From positions 950,419 to 1,014,418 of the forward strand of contig OY782666.1 of assembly GCA_963678035.1 (NCBI GenBank): a stretch of DNA of 64,000 nucleotides. Reading direction: 5' to 3'. The first letter of the stretch is position 1. Each line of letters opens with the position of its first letter. This stretch comes from Geopsychrobacteraceae bacterium (GTDB taxonomy: Bacteria; Desulfobacterota; Desulfuromonadia; Desulfuromonadales; Geopsychrobacteraceae). Shown here piece after piece: positions 7,596-16,849 of this stretch. The position numbers and the translations under genes are program-made. The notes under the pieces are model-generated. The model had not been told where the DNA came from, did not search any database, and saw only the letters and a list, made by a program, of their open reading frames with translations.

Positions 7596-8141
7596 ATGAG
7601 TGATCACGAAGAAGAATTCTTGGTGAATGAGTGCGACACCGCTCTGGATCGCTGGATTGTGAAGCTTGGCGATATCGTCACCTGGCTGTACGTTGTTGCC
7701 GTTCTGATCAGTTTTTACGAAGTCATCATGCGGTATTTCTTTAACTCTCCGACCGTTTGGGTGCATGAGACCACTACCGCTATCGTCGGCATGGCCATGG
7801 CCTATGGCGGTATCTACTGTTTCAGTAACGATAGCCACATTTCCGTGACTCTGGTCAGGGACCTGTTCCCAAAAAAATGGCAAAAACGGATCGCTATTTT
7901 TGTCGACTGTCTGGTGCTGGTTTTCTCCGTTGGTGGGGCCTATGCCATGTATTACATGACCTCGCGGGCTCTGATAACCCCGGCCGGGACATTTTATATG
8001 CAGAGGTCCGGATCGGCGATGAACAGCGTCTGGCCGACAATCACTAAAATTTTTATTTTGCTGGTGTTCATTCTTTTGATCGCTCAGGCCTGTCTGCATC
8101 TATTGAAGAAGATTAGAGCCTACGGGGAAGGGGAGGAGTAA
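7596..8141 (+). CDS. TRAP transporter small permease (DctQ-type)
   Basis: Four predicted TM helices, about 180 aa, located between the TRAP SBP and large permease genes. ATG 7596 preferred over TTG 7590. Confidence 0.85.
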   Translation: MSDHEEEFLVNECDTALDRWIVKLGDIVTWLYVVAVLISFYEVIMRYFFNSPTVWVHETTTAIVGMAMAYGGIYCFSNDSHISVTLVRDLFPKKWQKRIAIFVDCLVLVFSVGGAYAMYYMTSRALITPAGTFYMQRSGSAMNSVWPTITKIFILLVFILLIAQACLHLLKKIRAYGEGEE

Positions 8142-8145
8142 CGAT

Positions 8146-9468
8146 ATGCTTGGATTAAGTGCTCTCGGGATCGGACCCGCCACCTTCCTGATTTTTTTCC
8201 TGATGATGACTTTGCTGCTGATCGGCATGCCATTGGGTTTTTTGACCGGCCTGGTGGCCCTGTTCTTTACCTTCGGCTGGTTCGGTCCCAATGCCATTGG
8301 CATGATCGGAACCAGGGTTTTCTCTTTTGTCACGGAATATTCGCTGGTCGCCATACCAATGTTCGTGTTTATGGCCAGTCTGCTAGATAAAACCGGGGTA
8401 GCCCGGGATCTTTACAATGCCATGCGTCTGATTGCCGGCCGCCTGAAAGGCGGCGTCGGGGTCCAGACCGTGGTTGTTGCCGCTCTTCTGGCTGCCATGT
8501 CTGGGATTATTGGCGGCGAGACCGTGTTGCTCGGCATGCTGGCATTGCCGCAGATGCTGCGTCTTGGCTATGACAAGAATCTTGCCATCGGTACGGTTGT
8601 CGCCGGTGGTTCTCTCGGCACCATGATTCCGCCCAGTATCGTGTTGATCATGTATGGCATGACCTCCAACGTTTCTATCGGTGATCTGTTCACCGCAGCG
8701 GTTATTCCAGGACTGATCCTGGTGTCCATGTACATTCTCTATATACTGATCCGCTGCTATATCAACCCGAACATGGGCCCGCCGGCTCCGGCCTCGGAAA
8801 TCGCCATGTCCGCCAAGGAAAAAATGGCCGCAGTCGGGCATATCCTGTTGCCGATGACCATCGTGGTCTGGGTTCTCGGCAGTATTTACGGCGGGATTGC
8901 CTCGGTCACCGAAGCCGCCTGTATGGGCGTTATCGGGGTCGTGGTGTCGGCAATTATTCGCCGCGAGCTGACCTATTCTATTGTTCATTCCGCCTTGCAG
9001 CAGACCATGCGTACCTGCGGGATGATTATCTGGATCGGGATCGGCGCTAGTGCTGTGGTCGGTATTTATAACCTGATGGGTGGTAAGCGTTTCGTTGAAA
9101 CCGCTATTCTTGGGCTTGATGTGCCGCCCATACTGATCGTGCTGCTGATGATGGCGATTTTGCTGATGCTGGGAATGTTCCTCGATTGGATCGGAATTGT
9201 CATGCTGACTATGCCAATTTTCGTACCGATCATCAAAGCCCTCGGCTACGACCCGATCTGGTTCGGTGTGGTCTTCTGTATCAATATGCAGGTCTCGTTC
9301 TTGTCGCCGCCTTTTGGCCCTGCCGCTTTTTACTTGAAGAGTGTGGCCCCGCCGAGCATATCGCTGGTTGACATCTACCGATCGGTCTGGCCGTTCATCA
9401 TTATGCAGATGGTTGCTCTTGGGCTGGTGCTGACCTTTCCTGAGATCGCACTGTGGCTCGGCAATTGA
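8146..9468 (+). CDS. TRAP transporter large permease (DctM-type)
   Basis: 440-aa polytopic membrane protein with typical DctM N-terminus (FLIFFLMMTLLLIGMPLGF...) and length. Confidence 0.9.
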   Translation: MLGLSALGIGPATFLIFFLMMTLLLIGMPLGFLTGLVALFFTFGWFGPNAIGMIGTRVFSFVTEYSLVAIPMFVFMASLLDKTGVARDLYNAMRLIAGRLKGGVGVQTVVVAALLAAMSGIIGGETVLLGMLALPQMLRLGYDKNLAIGTVVAGGSLGTMIPPSIVLIMYGMTSNVSIGDLFTAAVIPGLILVSMYILYILIRCYINPNMGPPAPASEIAMSAKEKMAAVGHILLPMTIVVWVLGSIYGGIASVTEAACMGVIGVVVSAIIRRELTYSIVHSALQQTMRTCGMIIWIGIGASAVVGIYNLMGGKRFVETAILGLDVPPILIVLLMMAILLMLGMFLDWIGIVMLTMPIFVPIIKALGYDPIWFGVVFCINMQVSFLSPPFGPAAFYLKSVAPPSISLVDIYRSVWPFIIMQMVALGLVLTFPEIALWLGN

Positions 9469-9554
9469 GCAGGCAGGTCTGTTCAAGCGGCATGCCCATG
9501 ACCTCAGCCAACTTAAATTGTAGAGTGTTGAGGCAGTGATTTTTAACCGGCAAT

Positions 9555-9585
9555 CATCCCAGACAGCTATGTGCTGTCTGGGATG
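9555..9585 (+). other. Perfect 13-bp stem-loop between dctM and the dehydratase gene
   Basis: catcccagacagc-tatgt-gctgtctgggatg. No flanking U-tract. Confidence 0.5.
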
Positions 9586-9619
9586 ACGCTCAGGCATTTC
9601 TCCAGAGGGGTTTTGAGTG

Positions 9620-11782
9620 ATGGAAAACGAAAATTTTTCAGAATTGACAATTCAAGAAGAGTTCAATCCTTATCGCGAATGTATCCAGGGACTGGCTAAT
9701 GAACCGATCTGCGTTCAGCACACCATCAATAAAGCCTGGGATTTTGTTCGCAACCTTGCCCCTGAGCTTGATCCGGGTGAAATAACCCTTGATGAGATCG
9801 TTAAGCGGCTGGTTAACAACAAGCCTCGTATCGCGGTTATTACCGGCTCTATCGACCATCCGGCTCACTTACGAGACGATGCCCATATCAGTCTGGCGGT
9901 GCTGCGGATCTGGGAAAACGGCGGCGTACCGTTCGTCTTCGGCATTCCGGTCATCTGTGACGGAACCGCGCAGAACAATATCGGCCAGAGCTATTCCCTC
10001 GCTTCTCGCAACAACACCGCAGCAGCAGTGAATATCACTTTTGAGGGACATTCCTACCACGCGGCCTATGTTCTTTCCAGTTGTGACAAGTTTCCGTCCG
10101 CTGTGATGAGCGGCCTGGCTTCTGCCGATGTCGCTCGCAATCACCCGGAACGGGGGCAGGCGCCGATCTGGGCCATGTTCATTCCGTCCCATGTGCTGCG
10201 CGGCGGAACCATTCGCCCGGCCACAGTTGACAAGCTGAAGTCTCTCATCGCCAAAGCCCGGAGCGAAGGGATGGCTGACCTGGCCGACGATATTGCTGAA
10301 AACATGCGTTATATCCTCCAATGCTCCTCCGACGAAGCCTTCTTCGGGCTGATGAAACGTGCGGTGGGGCAGGGGCTGATCAGTGATGCTGAGTGTCGCG
10401 CCATTATGGATGATCTGGCCGCGGCGACCTGCCACCATAAGGGCGGGGTTTGCGCCTTCAACGGGACGGGCAACTCATCGCGCACTCTGGTCAGCGCTCT
10501 GGGGTTGACGCCGCCCAAATCTGAGCTGCTGATGGATGCTCCGCCAGCCGATGTGGTCGCTGAATGCGTTGACATGCTATATCGCTGCCTCAACAAGCCG
10601 GAACTGAGGATTACCAACATTCTGCAGCAGAACTTTGCCAATGCGGTGCGGATTCATAATGCCACCGGCAGTTCTTCCAATATCCTGCTGCACCTCCCCG
10701 CGGTAATGCGCTATGCAGGGTTCGATGTTTCGATCATGGATTACGAGCGGATTCGAGCAGAAACCCCGGTGCCGGAAATTTTTGCTCACAGTCTGACTGA
10801 GCAGCGCGACACTTTCGTTCTGGCGCAACAGTTTGCCGCGGGCAAGCATCGCGGGATGGAGAGTCTTTATCGAGTTCTGGTCGACCTCGGCTGTCACATG
10901 GATCTGGCTGCGCCGACCGTGACCGGGCAGACCTGGGGCGAACGGATCAAGGATCTGACGGTCCCGGTGGCCCCGGACCTTGCCGGAAAAGCGGTGATCC
11001 GTACTCAGCCGGTGCGCACCACTTCCGGCGTCGAGATCCTGCGGGGCAATTTCATGTCCTCCAGTGTGGTCAAACTGGCCGGGATGAGCGATCGACAACT
11101 GACTCATTTTGACGATCACCTGTTTATTGTCAGTTATTTCGAGAATGAGCGGGCCTGTATCGCAGAAATGACTTCAGCCAAAATGTTCGACAATCTTCTG
11201 GAGATAGTTAAAGGACTGCCTGCCGAAGTTAGCAATAATCTATTGAAATACAATTCAAAAGGAGCAGTGTCCGAATTCAATGAAGCAGACTTCCTGAGGC
11301 TCCTTAAACAGGGCTTTTTGTCCTATGCCTTCGTCATTGCCGGGCAAGGCCCAAAGGCTTTCGGCATGCCGGAAATGTTCGCTCCCGGGCAAAACCTCAA
11401 GCATCATCAGCTGCTGGAAGCGTCTTCACTGTTGATCACGGACGGCAGATATTCGGGCGTGACTAAAGGGGCCTGTATCGGCCATGTCACTCCTGAGGCG
11501 ATCGACGGTGGTGGTATCGGCCAGTTGCTTAATGGTGACCTGATGTGGCTGCGGATCGCTACCGGGCAGCTTGATATTGTCGATCCTGCTGCGCTTGGCG
11601 AAGGGCGGGCCGTGGCCTTTGAACAATTGCCCGAGCGCAAAGAGCTGGTCGCCCGCCGCGGCGCGATGATGGCTGACCGACTGCTCCAGGTGGCAGCCAG
11701 CAATTCCATGTATGACGTCTCCAGCGCGGAGAAGGGGTGTGTGCCCTATCCGGTTGATCAGCGTGCGGTGAAAGCTGTGTAG
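9620..11782 (+). CDS. IlvD/Edd-family sugar-acid dehydratase, unusually long (about 720 aa), Edd-like motifs
   Basis: Family motifs PRIAVITGSIDHPAHL, VICDGTAQ, SSCDKFPSAVM, AGQGPKAFGMPEMF and ITDGRYSGVTKGACIGHVTPEA. Confidence 0.9.
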   Translation: MENENFSELTIQEEFNPYRECIQGLANEPICVQHTINKAWDFVRNLAPELDPGEITLDEIVKRLVNNKPRIAVITGSIDHPAHLRDDAHISLAVLRIWENGGVPFVFGIPVICDGTAQNNIGQSYSLASRNNTAAAVNITFEGHSYHAAYVLSSCDKFPSAVMSGLASADVARNHPERGQAPIWAMFIPSHVLRGGTIRPATVDKLKSLIAKARSEGMADLADDIAENMRYILQCSSDEAFFGLMKRAVGQGLISDAECRAIMDDLAAATCHHKGGVCAFNGTGNSSRTLVSALGLTPPKSELLMDAPPADVVAECVDMLYRCLNKPELRITNILQQNFANAVRIHNATGSSSNILLHLPAVMRYAGFDVSIMDYERIRAETPVPEIFAHSLTEQRDTFVLAQQFAAGKHRGMESLYRVLVDLGCHMDLAAPTVTGQTWGERIKDLTVPVAPDLAGKAVIRTQPVRTTSGVEILRGNFMSSSVVKLAGMSDRQLTHFDDHLFIVSYFENERACIAEMTSAKMFDNLLEIVKGLPAEVSNNLLKYNSKGAVSEFNEADFLRLLKQGFLSYAFVIAGQGPKAFGMPEMFAPGQNLKHHQLLEASSLLITDGRYSGVTKGACIGHVTPEAIDGGGIGQLLNGDLMWLRIATGQLDIVDPAALGEGRAVAFEQLPERKELVARRGAMMADRLLQVAASNSMYDVSSAEKGCVPYPVDQRAVKAV

Positions 11783-11787
11783 GTTGC

Positions 11788-12669
11788 ATGATGATTGTCA
11801 TCGATTGGGGGACAACCAACTTAAGAGCCTACCGGTGCAGTGCTAACGGCGCGATTTTGGAACGAAGGTCGAGTCCCCGCGGGGTAAAATCTTTATCCCG
11901 TGGGGACTATCCCGAGGTTTTGCAGGAACTCCTTGAGTCGTTCGCTTCCGAGTCGGGCCAGCAGGTCTTTATCAGTGGGATGGCCGGGTCACGCAATGGC
12001 TGGGTGGAAGCTCCTTATTGTCCGCTGCCGGCCGATCTTGGCACTTTAAAAGCAAATCTTCTGCCCTTGCCGCCACCCTTCAATGGTTATCTGGTTCCCG
12101 GGGTGCGGGTGGTCAAGGACGACAATACCAGTGATGTTATGCGTGGCGAGGAAATCCAGATCTTTGGCGCTCTTCACTCTTTGGACCTATCCTCTGCACT
12201 GCTTTGTCTGCCTGGCACTCATAGTAAATGGGTTCGGGTTCATGGTCGGCAGTTGCGCGATTTTTCAACATTTATGACCGGTGACCTGTTTCAGGGGTTG
12301 GGGCAGACCATTCTTGGCTGTGACAGCGAAGCTGCCTTCAGCAGCGTGGCATTTGTCAACGGACTGGATGCGGCCGGCCAGGTTGCAGGCGGCTTGCTGC
12401 ATCAGCTTTTCACCGGTCGAACCCTGATGCTGGACGGAAAAATCACCGTCGAAGAGGTCTCCTCTTTTACCTCCGGGTTGCTGCTCGGTCATGAATTGGA
12501 GCAGGCTCTGAAAATGCGGATGGAGGAGGAGAGGGTGGTGCTGATCGGCGCAGAGTCTCTCTGTGCCAAATACAGGACTGCCCTTGATCGACAAGGGGTT
12601 GAAACGACGATCCTCGGCAGCGACCTGGCGACCTGCGCCGGGATCGCTGCCTTACCACTGTCAAGTTGA
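11788..12669 (+). CDS. dgoK: 2-dehydro-3-deoxygalactonokinase
   Basis: Collinear with my recollection of E. coli DgoK: IDWGTTNLRAY, SGMAGSRNGWVEAPY, DVMRGEEIQIFG, LPGTHSKWV, FMTGDLF. Confidence 0.85.
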   Translation: MMIVIDWGTTNLRAYRCSANGAILERRSSPRGVKSLSRGDYPEVLQELLESFASESGQQVFISGMAGSRNGWVEAPYCPLPADLGTLKANLLPLPPPFNGYLVPGVRVVKDDNTSDVMRGEEIQIFGALHSLDLSSALLCLPGTHSKWVRVHGRQLRDFSTFMTGDLFQGLGQTILGCDSEAAFSSVAFVNGLDAAGQVAGGLLHQLFTGRTLMLDGKITVEEVSSFTSGLLLGHELEQALKMRMEEERVVLIGAESLCAKYRTALDRQGVETTILGSDLATCAGIAALPLSS

Positions 12670-12678
12670 GGTGTAATT

Positions 12679-13335
12679 ATGGCATACCGTTTTAAATCAC
12701 TGTTTGCAGAGTTGCCGTTGATCGGGATTTTTCGGGGCATCAAGGCGGATGAGGCGGTCAGCGTGGTTGGTGCAGCCATTGACAAGGGGTTGTGTATTGT
12801 CGAGGTGCCTCTTAACTCACCGGAGCCCCTCGATTCCATTGTCCGGCTAGCCGAGTGTTTTGGTGAGCGGGTTTTGGTCGGTGCGGGAACGGTCACGACG
12901 GTTGCTGAAGTCGAGGCGGTCGCCCAGGCCGGCGGACGACTTATCGTGACTCCCTACGCGCGGCGGGAGGTGGTGGAGCGGGCCAAGGAATTGGGGCTGG
13001 CAGCGGTACCGGGTGCCTTGACTCCGACGGAAATTGCCGATATGCACGCTGCCGGTGCTGACGCCGTCAAAATCTTTCCGGCCGAAATGATGCCGCCGCG
13101 AATTCTTAAAGGATTGGGTGCGGTTCTGCCTCCAGACTTGTTGTTGGTCCCGGTGGGCGGAGTATCCCTTGAGAATATGGCCGATTATGTTGCCGCCGGT
13201 GCTGCCGGATTCGGACTCGGCTCGGCCTTGTATCGAGCAGGAGACCGAGCGGAAACAGTTGCCGCCCGAGCCGCGGCCTTTGTTGTTCATCTGCAGTGTT
13301 TGCTGGCAGGTCCAACCGATCCTATTTCCGGCTGA
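12679..13335 (+). CDS. dgoA: 2-dehydro-3-deoxy-6-phosphogalactonate (KDPGal/KDPG-type) aldolase
   Basis: LPLIGIFRGI, VEVPLNSPEP, VGAGTV, LIVTP, KIFPA, PVGGV. These match the DgoA/Eda class I aldolase pattern. Confidence 0.85.
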   Translation: MAYRFKSLFAELPLIGIFRGIKADEAVSVVGAAIDKGLCIVEVPLNSPEPLDSIVRLAECFGERVLVGAGTVTTVAEVEAVAQAGGRLIVTPYARREVVERAKELGLAAVPGALTPTEIADMHAAGADAVKIFPAEMMPPRILKGLGAVLPPDLLLVPVGGVSLENMADYVAAGAAGFGLGSALYRAGDRAETVAARAAAFVVHLQCLLAGPTDPISG

Positions 13336-13364
13336 GGGCCGGAGTTGTCTGAAAGGTGTTTGAA

Positions 13365-14357
13365 ATGCGTTTAGTTCAATTTTATCAGGGGGATGACCCC
13401 TCAGTCTGCCGAGTCGCGGTGGTCTCCGCTGACCAAGAGAAACTGCAGGTGGTTGCTGATTGCCGCGGGACCTACGATCTGGCTATGACCGCGGTTCGTG
13501 CCGGTAAGCCATTGACCGAAGTCATTGCTGAGAAGGGCTTTGCGGAAGAGATTTCTTACCTTGACGTGGTGACCGAAGGTCGCCTGTTGGCACCGTTAAC
13601 CCATCCGGATCCCGCGCATATGCTGCTGACCGGCACCGGGTTGACTCATTTGGGCAGCGCCAGCACGCGCAGTGCCATGCACGCCAAGGCAGACGATCAG
13701 TTAACCGACTCCATGAAGATGTTCAAGTGGGGCGTTGAAGGCGGTAAGCCAGGCCCCGGCCAAATCGGCGTTGAGCCGGAATGGTTTTACAAAGGGGATG
13801 GCAGTTGGTTGGTTGCCCCCGGCCAGGCTTTGAGCTTGCCAGCCTATGCCCATGACGGCGGCGAAGAGCCTGAAATCGTCGGAATTTATGTCATCGGCGA
13901 TGACGGGACCCCATTCCGGGTGGGTTTTGCTATTGCCAACGAATACTCCGATCATGCCCTGGAACGGCAGAACTACCTCTGGCTGGCTCACTCCAAGCTG
14001 CGGCAGTCCTCCTTTGGTCCGGAACTGCTCGTCGGCGACCTGCCAGCAGATGTCCAGGGCACCAGCCGGATTCTGCGCGATGGTGAGGTGCTTTGGGAAA
14101 AGGACTTTGTCAGCGGTGAACAGAATATGAGCCATTCCATTGCTAACCTGGAATACCACCATTTCAAGTATCCGGGGTTTAAACGGCCGGGAGATGTCCA
14201 TGTCCATTTTTTCGGCACCGCGACGCTGAGTTTTGCCGATCAGGTCAAACCGCAGCCCGGAGATGTCTTTGAGATTGCCGCCGTCGGTTTCGGCCAGCCA
14301 CTACGCAATCCACTGGTGGCCGCAGAGAGTTGCAAACCGGAAATAAAGGCCCTTTAA
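13365..14357 (+). CDS. FAH-superfamily protein of the GguC/AraD1-like type (about 330 aa)
   Basis: Length and N-terminal pattern (RLVQF...LLAP..HPDPAHMLLTGTGLTHLGSA) resemble GguC/AraD1-like proteins found in pentose and sugar-acid clusters. The assignment is from memory only. ATG 13365 preferred (SD-like aaagg upstream). Confidence 0.55.
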   Translation: MRLVQFYQGDDPSVCRVAVVSADQEKLQVVADCRGTYDLAMTAVRAGKPLTEVIAEKGFAEEISYLDVVTEGRLLAPLTHPDPAHMLLTGTGLTHLGSASTRSAMHAKADDQLTDSMKMFKWGVEGGKPGPGQIGVEPEWFYKGDGSWLVAPGQALSLPAYAHDGGEEPEIVGIYVIGDDGTPFRVGFAIANEYSDHALERQNYLWLAHSKLRQSSFGPELLVGDLPADVQGTSRILRDGEVLWEKDFVSGEQNMSHSIANLEYHHFKYPGFKRPGDVHVHFFGTATLSFADQVKPQPGDVFEIAAVGFGQPLRNPLVAAESCKPEIKAL

Positions 14358-14418
14358 GTAGACTGTTATGGGCTGGCAGGCTACTGACCGCCTGCTGGCC
14401 ATGCTGCGGAGGTAACCA

Positions 14419-15594
14419 ATGAAAATCGTTAAAGCCGATATTGTCGTGGTCGGTGCTCCCTGGCGGGAACTGACCATTCTCGAATTAACCACCGATACCG
14501 GTCTGACCGGGCTCGGAGAGGTGCGGATGGTCAACAAGACCGACACTCTGATTGCCGCCATTGAAGAGCTGGCAGCCCGCTATGTCATCGGGATGGATCC
14601 GGCAAACCTGACCCGCCTGGCCTGGCAGATCCAGGTCGGCGAATATGGTCTGCCTGGTGAAGTTGGGCAGAGCGCTCTGGCTGCTTTTGATATGGCCTGC
14701 TGGGATATCCTCGGCAAGGACCTGAACGTTCCGGTCTGGAAGCTGCTCGGCGGCAAGTTCCGCGAGCGGGTGCCTGCCTATGCCAACGGTTGGTATCAAG
14801 GGGGGCGTGACCCGAAAGTCGTTCGTGAACTTGCCAAAGGAGTGGTTGCCAAGGGCTATCGGGGTCTGAAGATCGATCCTTTCGGTGCCGCCTCCGCAGA
14901 GATCTCCCGCAGCGAACGCATGCGCGCGGTCGCGATCCTGGAGGCCGTGCGGGATGCGATCGGTCCTGATGTGCAGATTTTCCTGGAAATGCACGGTCGT
15001 TTTACCGGGGCTGCGGCCCGGGCGGTCGCTCGCGATGTACTCGATATCGAACCGGGTTGGCTGGAAGAACCGGTTACGCCGACCGATGTGACCAGTTTGC
15101 GTTCGGTCCGGCAGAGCACTCATCTGCCCATTGCTTCGGGTGAGCGCATGCACGAGGCCCATGACCTGCGTCCCTTTATCGAAGAAGGACTGATCGATAT
15201 TTACCAGATCGACCTGACCCATGCCGGCGGCATCACCGGTTTACAACAGCTGGTCGGCTGGACCAACGCCTATAACGTCATGCTTGCGCCCCATAACGTC
15301 TGTGGACCCATTGGCACGGCGGCTGCGCTGCATTTCTCCGTGGCCTGTCCGAACTTTAAGATCCTCGAACATTTTAACGACTTTGCCGATCCCTGGGTGT
15401 TCGACATCGTCACCGGTGCGCCCCGGGTTGATCCGGCTGACGGCTGCTTCCCGGTTCCGGAAACTGCCGGACTTGGGGTCACTCTCAACCGGGAAGAATG
15501 TGCCAAACACCCCCGGACCGGCGGACGGCTGGCCCTGTTCAGCGAGGGGTGGGAACAGCGGACCAATGTGGAGAATTATACCGAGCCGCAATAG
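14419..15594 (+). CDS. Enolase-superfamily (mandelate racemase/muconate lactonizing enzyme) acid-sugar dehydratase, galactonate-dehydratase-like
   Basis: N-terminal capping domain, then barrel motifs (LKIDPFG, EMHGRF, WLEEP, ASGERM, IDLTHAGGIT, LAPHN) typical of MR-subgroup dehydratases. Confidence 0.85.
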   Translation: MKIVKADIVVVGAPWRELTILELTTDTGLTGLGEVRMVNKTDTLIAAIEELAARYVIGMDPANLTRLAWQIQVGEYGLPGEVGQSALAAFDMACWDILGKDLNVPVWKLLGGKFRERVPAYANGWYQGGRDPKVVRELAKGVVAKGYRGLKIDPFGAASAEISRSERMRAVAILEAVRDAIGPDVQIFLEMHGRFTGAAARAVARDVLDIEPGWLEEPVTPTDVTSLRSVRQSTHLPIASGERMHEAHDLRPFIEEGLIDIYQIDLTHAGGITGLQQLVGWTNAYNVMLAPHNVCGPIGTAAALHFSVACPNFKILEHFNDFADPWVFDIVTGAPRVDPADGCFPVPETAGLGVTLNREECAKHPRTGGRLALFSEGWEQRTNVENYTEPQ

Positions 15595-15612
15595 CTGCAA
15601 ACGTGACGGCGG

Positions 15613-16056
15613 GTGACAGGGAGAGACCTGATAGTGGAGAAACTGCCGGTCAAACACATGATAAATCTGGCGGTAGCACGTTGTATTGCCGCGGCCGCTG
15701 AGGCGGAAGCCAGCGCCAATGATTGGGCGGTGGTCATTAGCATCGTCGATGATGGTGGACACCTGGTGCTGCTGCAGCGAATGGATGGGACCCAACTGGC
15801 CAGTATTGATCTTGCCACCCAAAAGGCTCTCAGCGCCCTGATCTACCGACGTCCGACCAAGGCATTTGAAGAGTCTCTGATCGGTGGTCGGCAGGCTGTT
15901 CTCGCCTTGCCCGGAGCTTTGCCGGTGAACGGCGGTTTGCCGCTCTACTATAGTGGTGATTTGATCGGCGCCATCGGAATCAGCGGCGTCACTGCTGAGC
16001 AGGATGCGCAAATTGCCGCTGCCGGGGTCGCTGCCCTCAAATCGTTGTGTGAGTAA
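15613..16056 (+). CDS. GlcG/HbpS-like (DUF336) haem-binding-type protein
   Basis: ISIVDDGGHLVLLQRMDG...SIDLATQKA...GGLPL...GDLIGAIGISG match the GlcG family pattern. The true start may be GTG 15634 or ATG 15658. Confidence 0.8.
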   Translation: MTGRDLIVEKLPVKHMINLAVARCIAAAAEAEASANDWAVVISIVDDGGHLVLLQRMDGTQLASIDLATQKALSALIYRRPTKAFEESLIGGRQAVLALPGALPVNGGLPLYYSGDLIGAIGISGVTAEQDAQIAAAGVAALKSLCE

Positions 16057-16075
16057 ATCGCTATTGTTTGAATGA

Positions 16076-16099
16076 CCTGCTTCGCTGATGTGAAGCAGG
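16076..16099 (+). terminator. Weak stem-loop after the GlcG-like gene
   Basis: cctgcttc-gctgatgt-gaagcagg followed by aaatttta. Confidence 0.35.
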
Positions 16100-16126
16100 A
16101 AATTTTACTGAAAAAAAGGAGGACAT

Positions 16127-16813
16127 ATGCAGAATGCAGGTGGTCTTGTTACCATTGTCCATACCAGCTTTGTTTCGGTTGACGATCTAACCAATTTGTT
16201 TAAAGAACTGGGTCCGGAGATTCAGCTGCGGCATATCGTTGATGACAGCCTGCTGCCGGAGGTGCTGGCCAACGGCGGCGTGACCGCGGCGGTGCGCAGT
16301 CGGATTTGTGCTTATTATCGTGCGGCCGAAGAGGCCGGCTCCGACCTGATTTTCAACCAATGCTCATCGGTGGGCGAGGCGGCCGATATCGCCGCGCAGC
16401 TGATTACCACGCCGGTGGTCAAGGTGGATGAAGAGATGGCGCGGATCGCTTGTCGAACCAGTCAAAAGATTGCGGTAGCGGCCACCCTGGAAACGACCCT
16501 GGGGCCGACTTGCCGGTTGCTTGAAAAAACCGCTCTTGCCATGAATAAAGAAATTGCCGTTGAACCGTTATTGGTAGACGGGGCTTTTGCCGAGCTGATT
16601 TCTGGAAACCGGCAGAAACATAATGAAATGGTCCTGACCGCGATCAGGGGTGCACTGGAACGGGTCGATGCTGTAGTCTGTGCCCAAGGCAGCATGGTTG
16701 CGATCCTGCCTGAGTTAGGCCAGACTAAAGTTCCAGTGCTGACCAGCCCCAGAACAGGTGTGGCCTGTGCCGTTGCCGAATTACGCAGGATCATGGCACA
16801 GAAAAATCACTAA
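16127..16813 (+). CDS. Asp/Glu/hydantoin-racemase-superfamily protein (candidate epimerase/isomerase)
   Basis: About 228 aa with alternating beta-alpha pattern (VTIVHTSFVSV..., IFNQCSSVG, KIAVAATLETT, VVCAQGSM), as in the Asp/Glu racemase-like fold. Family call from memory, substrate unknown. Confidence 0.55.
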   Translation: MQNAGGLVTIVHTSFVSVDDLTNLFKELGPEIQLRHIVDDSLLPEVLANGGVTAAVRSRICAYYRAAEEAGSDLIFNQCSSVGEAADIAAQLITTPVVKVDEEMARIACRTSQKIAVAATLETTLGPTCRLLEKTALAMNKEIAVEPLLVDGAFAELISGNRQKHNEMVLTAIRGALERVDAVVCAQGSMVAILPELGQTKVPVLTSPRTGVACAVAELRRIMAQKNH

Positions 16814-16849
16814 TTTATACTCAATCACCACGTAATAAAGGAGTTGTTC

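Noticed and set aside
8383-9597. 404-aa minus-strand ORF antisense to the TRAP large permease. Similar long antisense ORFs occur at 6810-7478, 14485-15222, 15241-16011, 19773-20627, 24029-24616, 25111-25812, 32286-33221, 33459-34403, 51240-52157, 55985-57430 and 59491-60198.
   Set aside because: Each lies entirely opposite a gene with unmistakable family motifs. Their translations are low-complexity (Arg/Gly/His/Pro/Gln-rich) with no recognisable domains, the usual shadow ORFs of GC-biased coding DNA.
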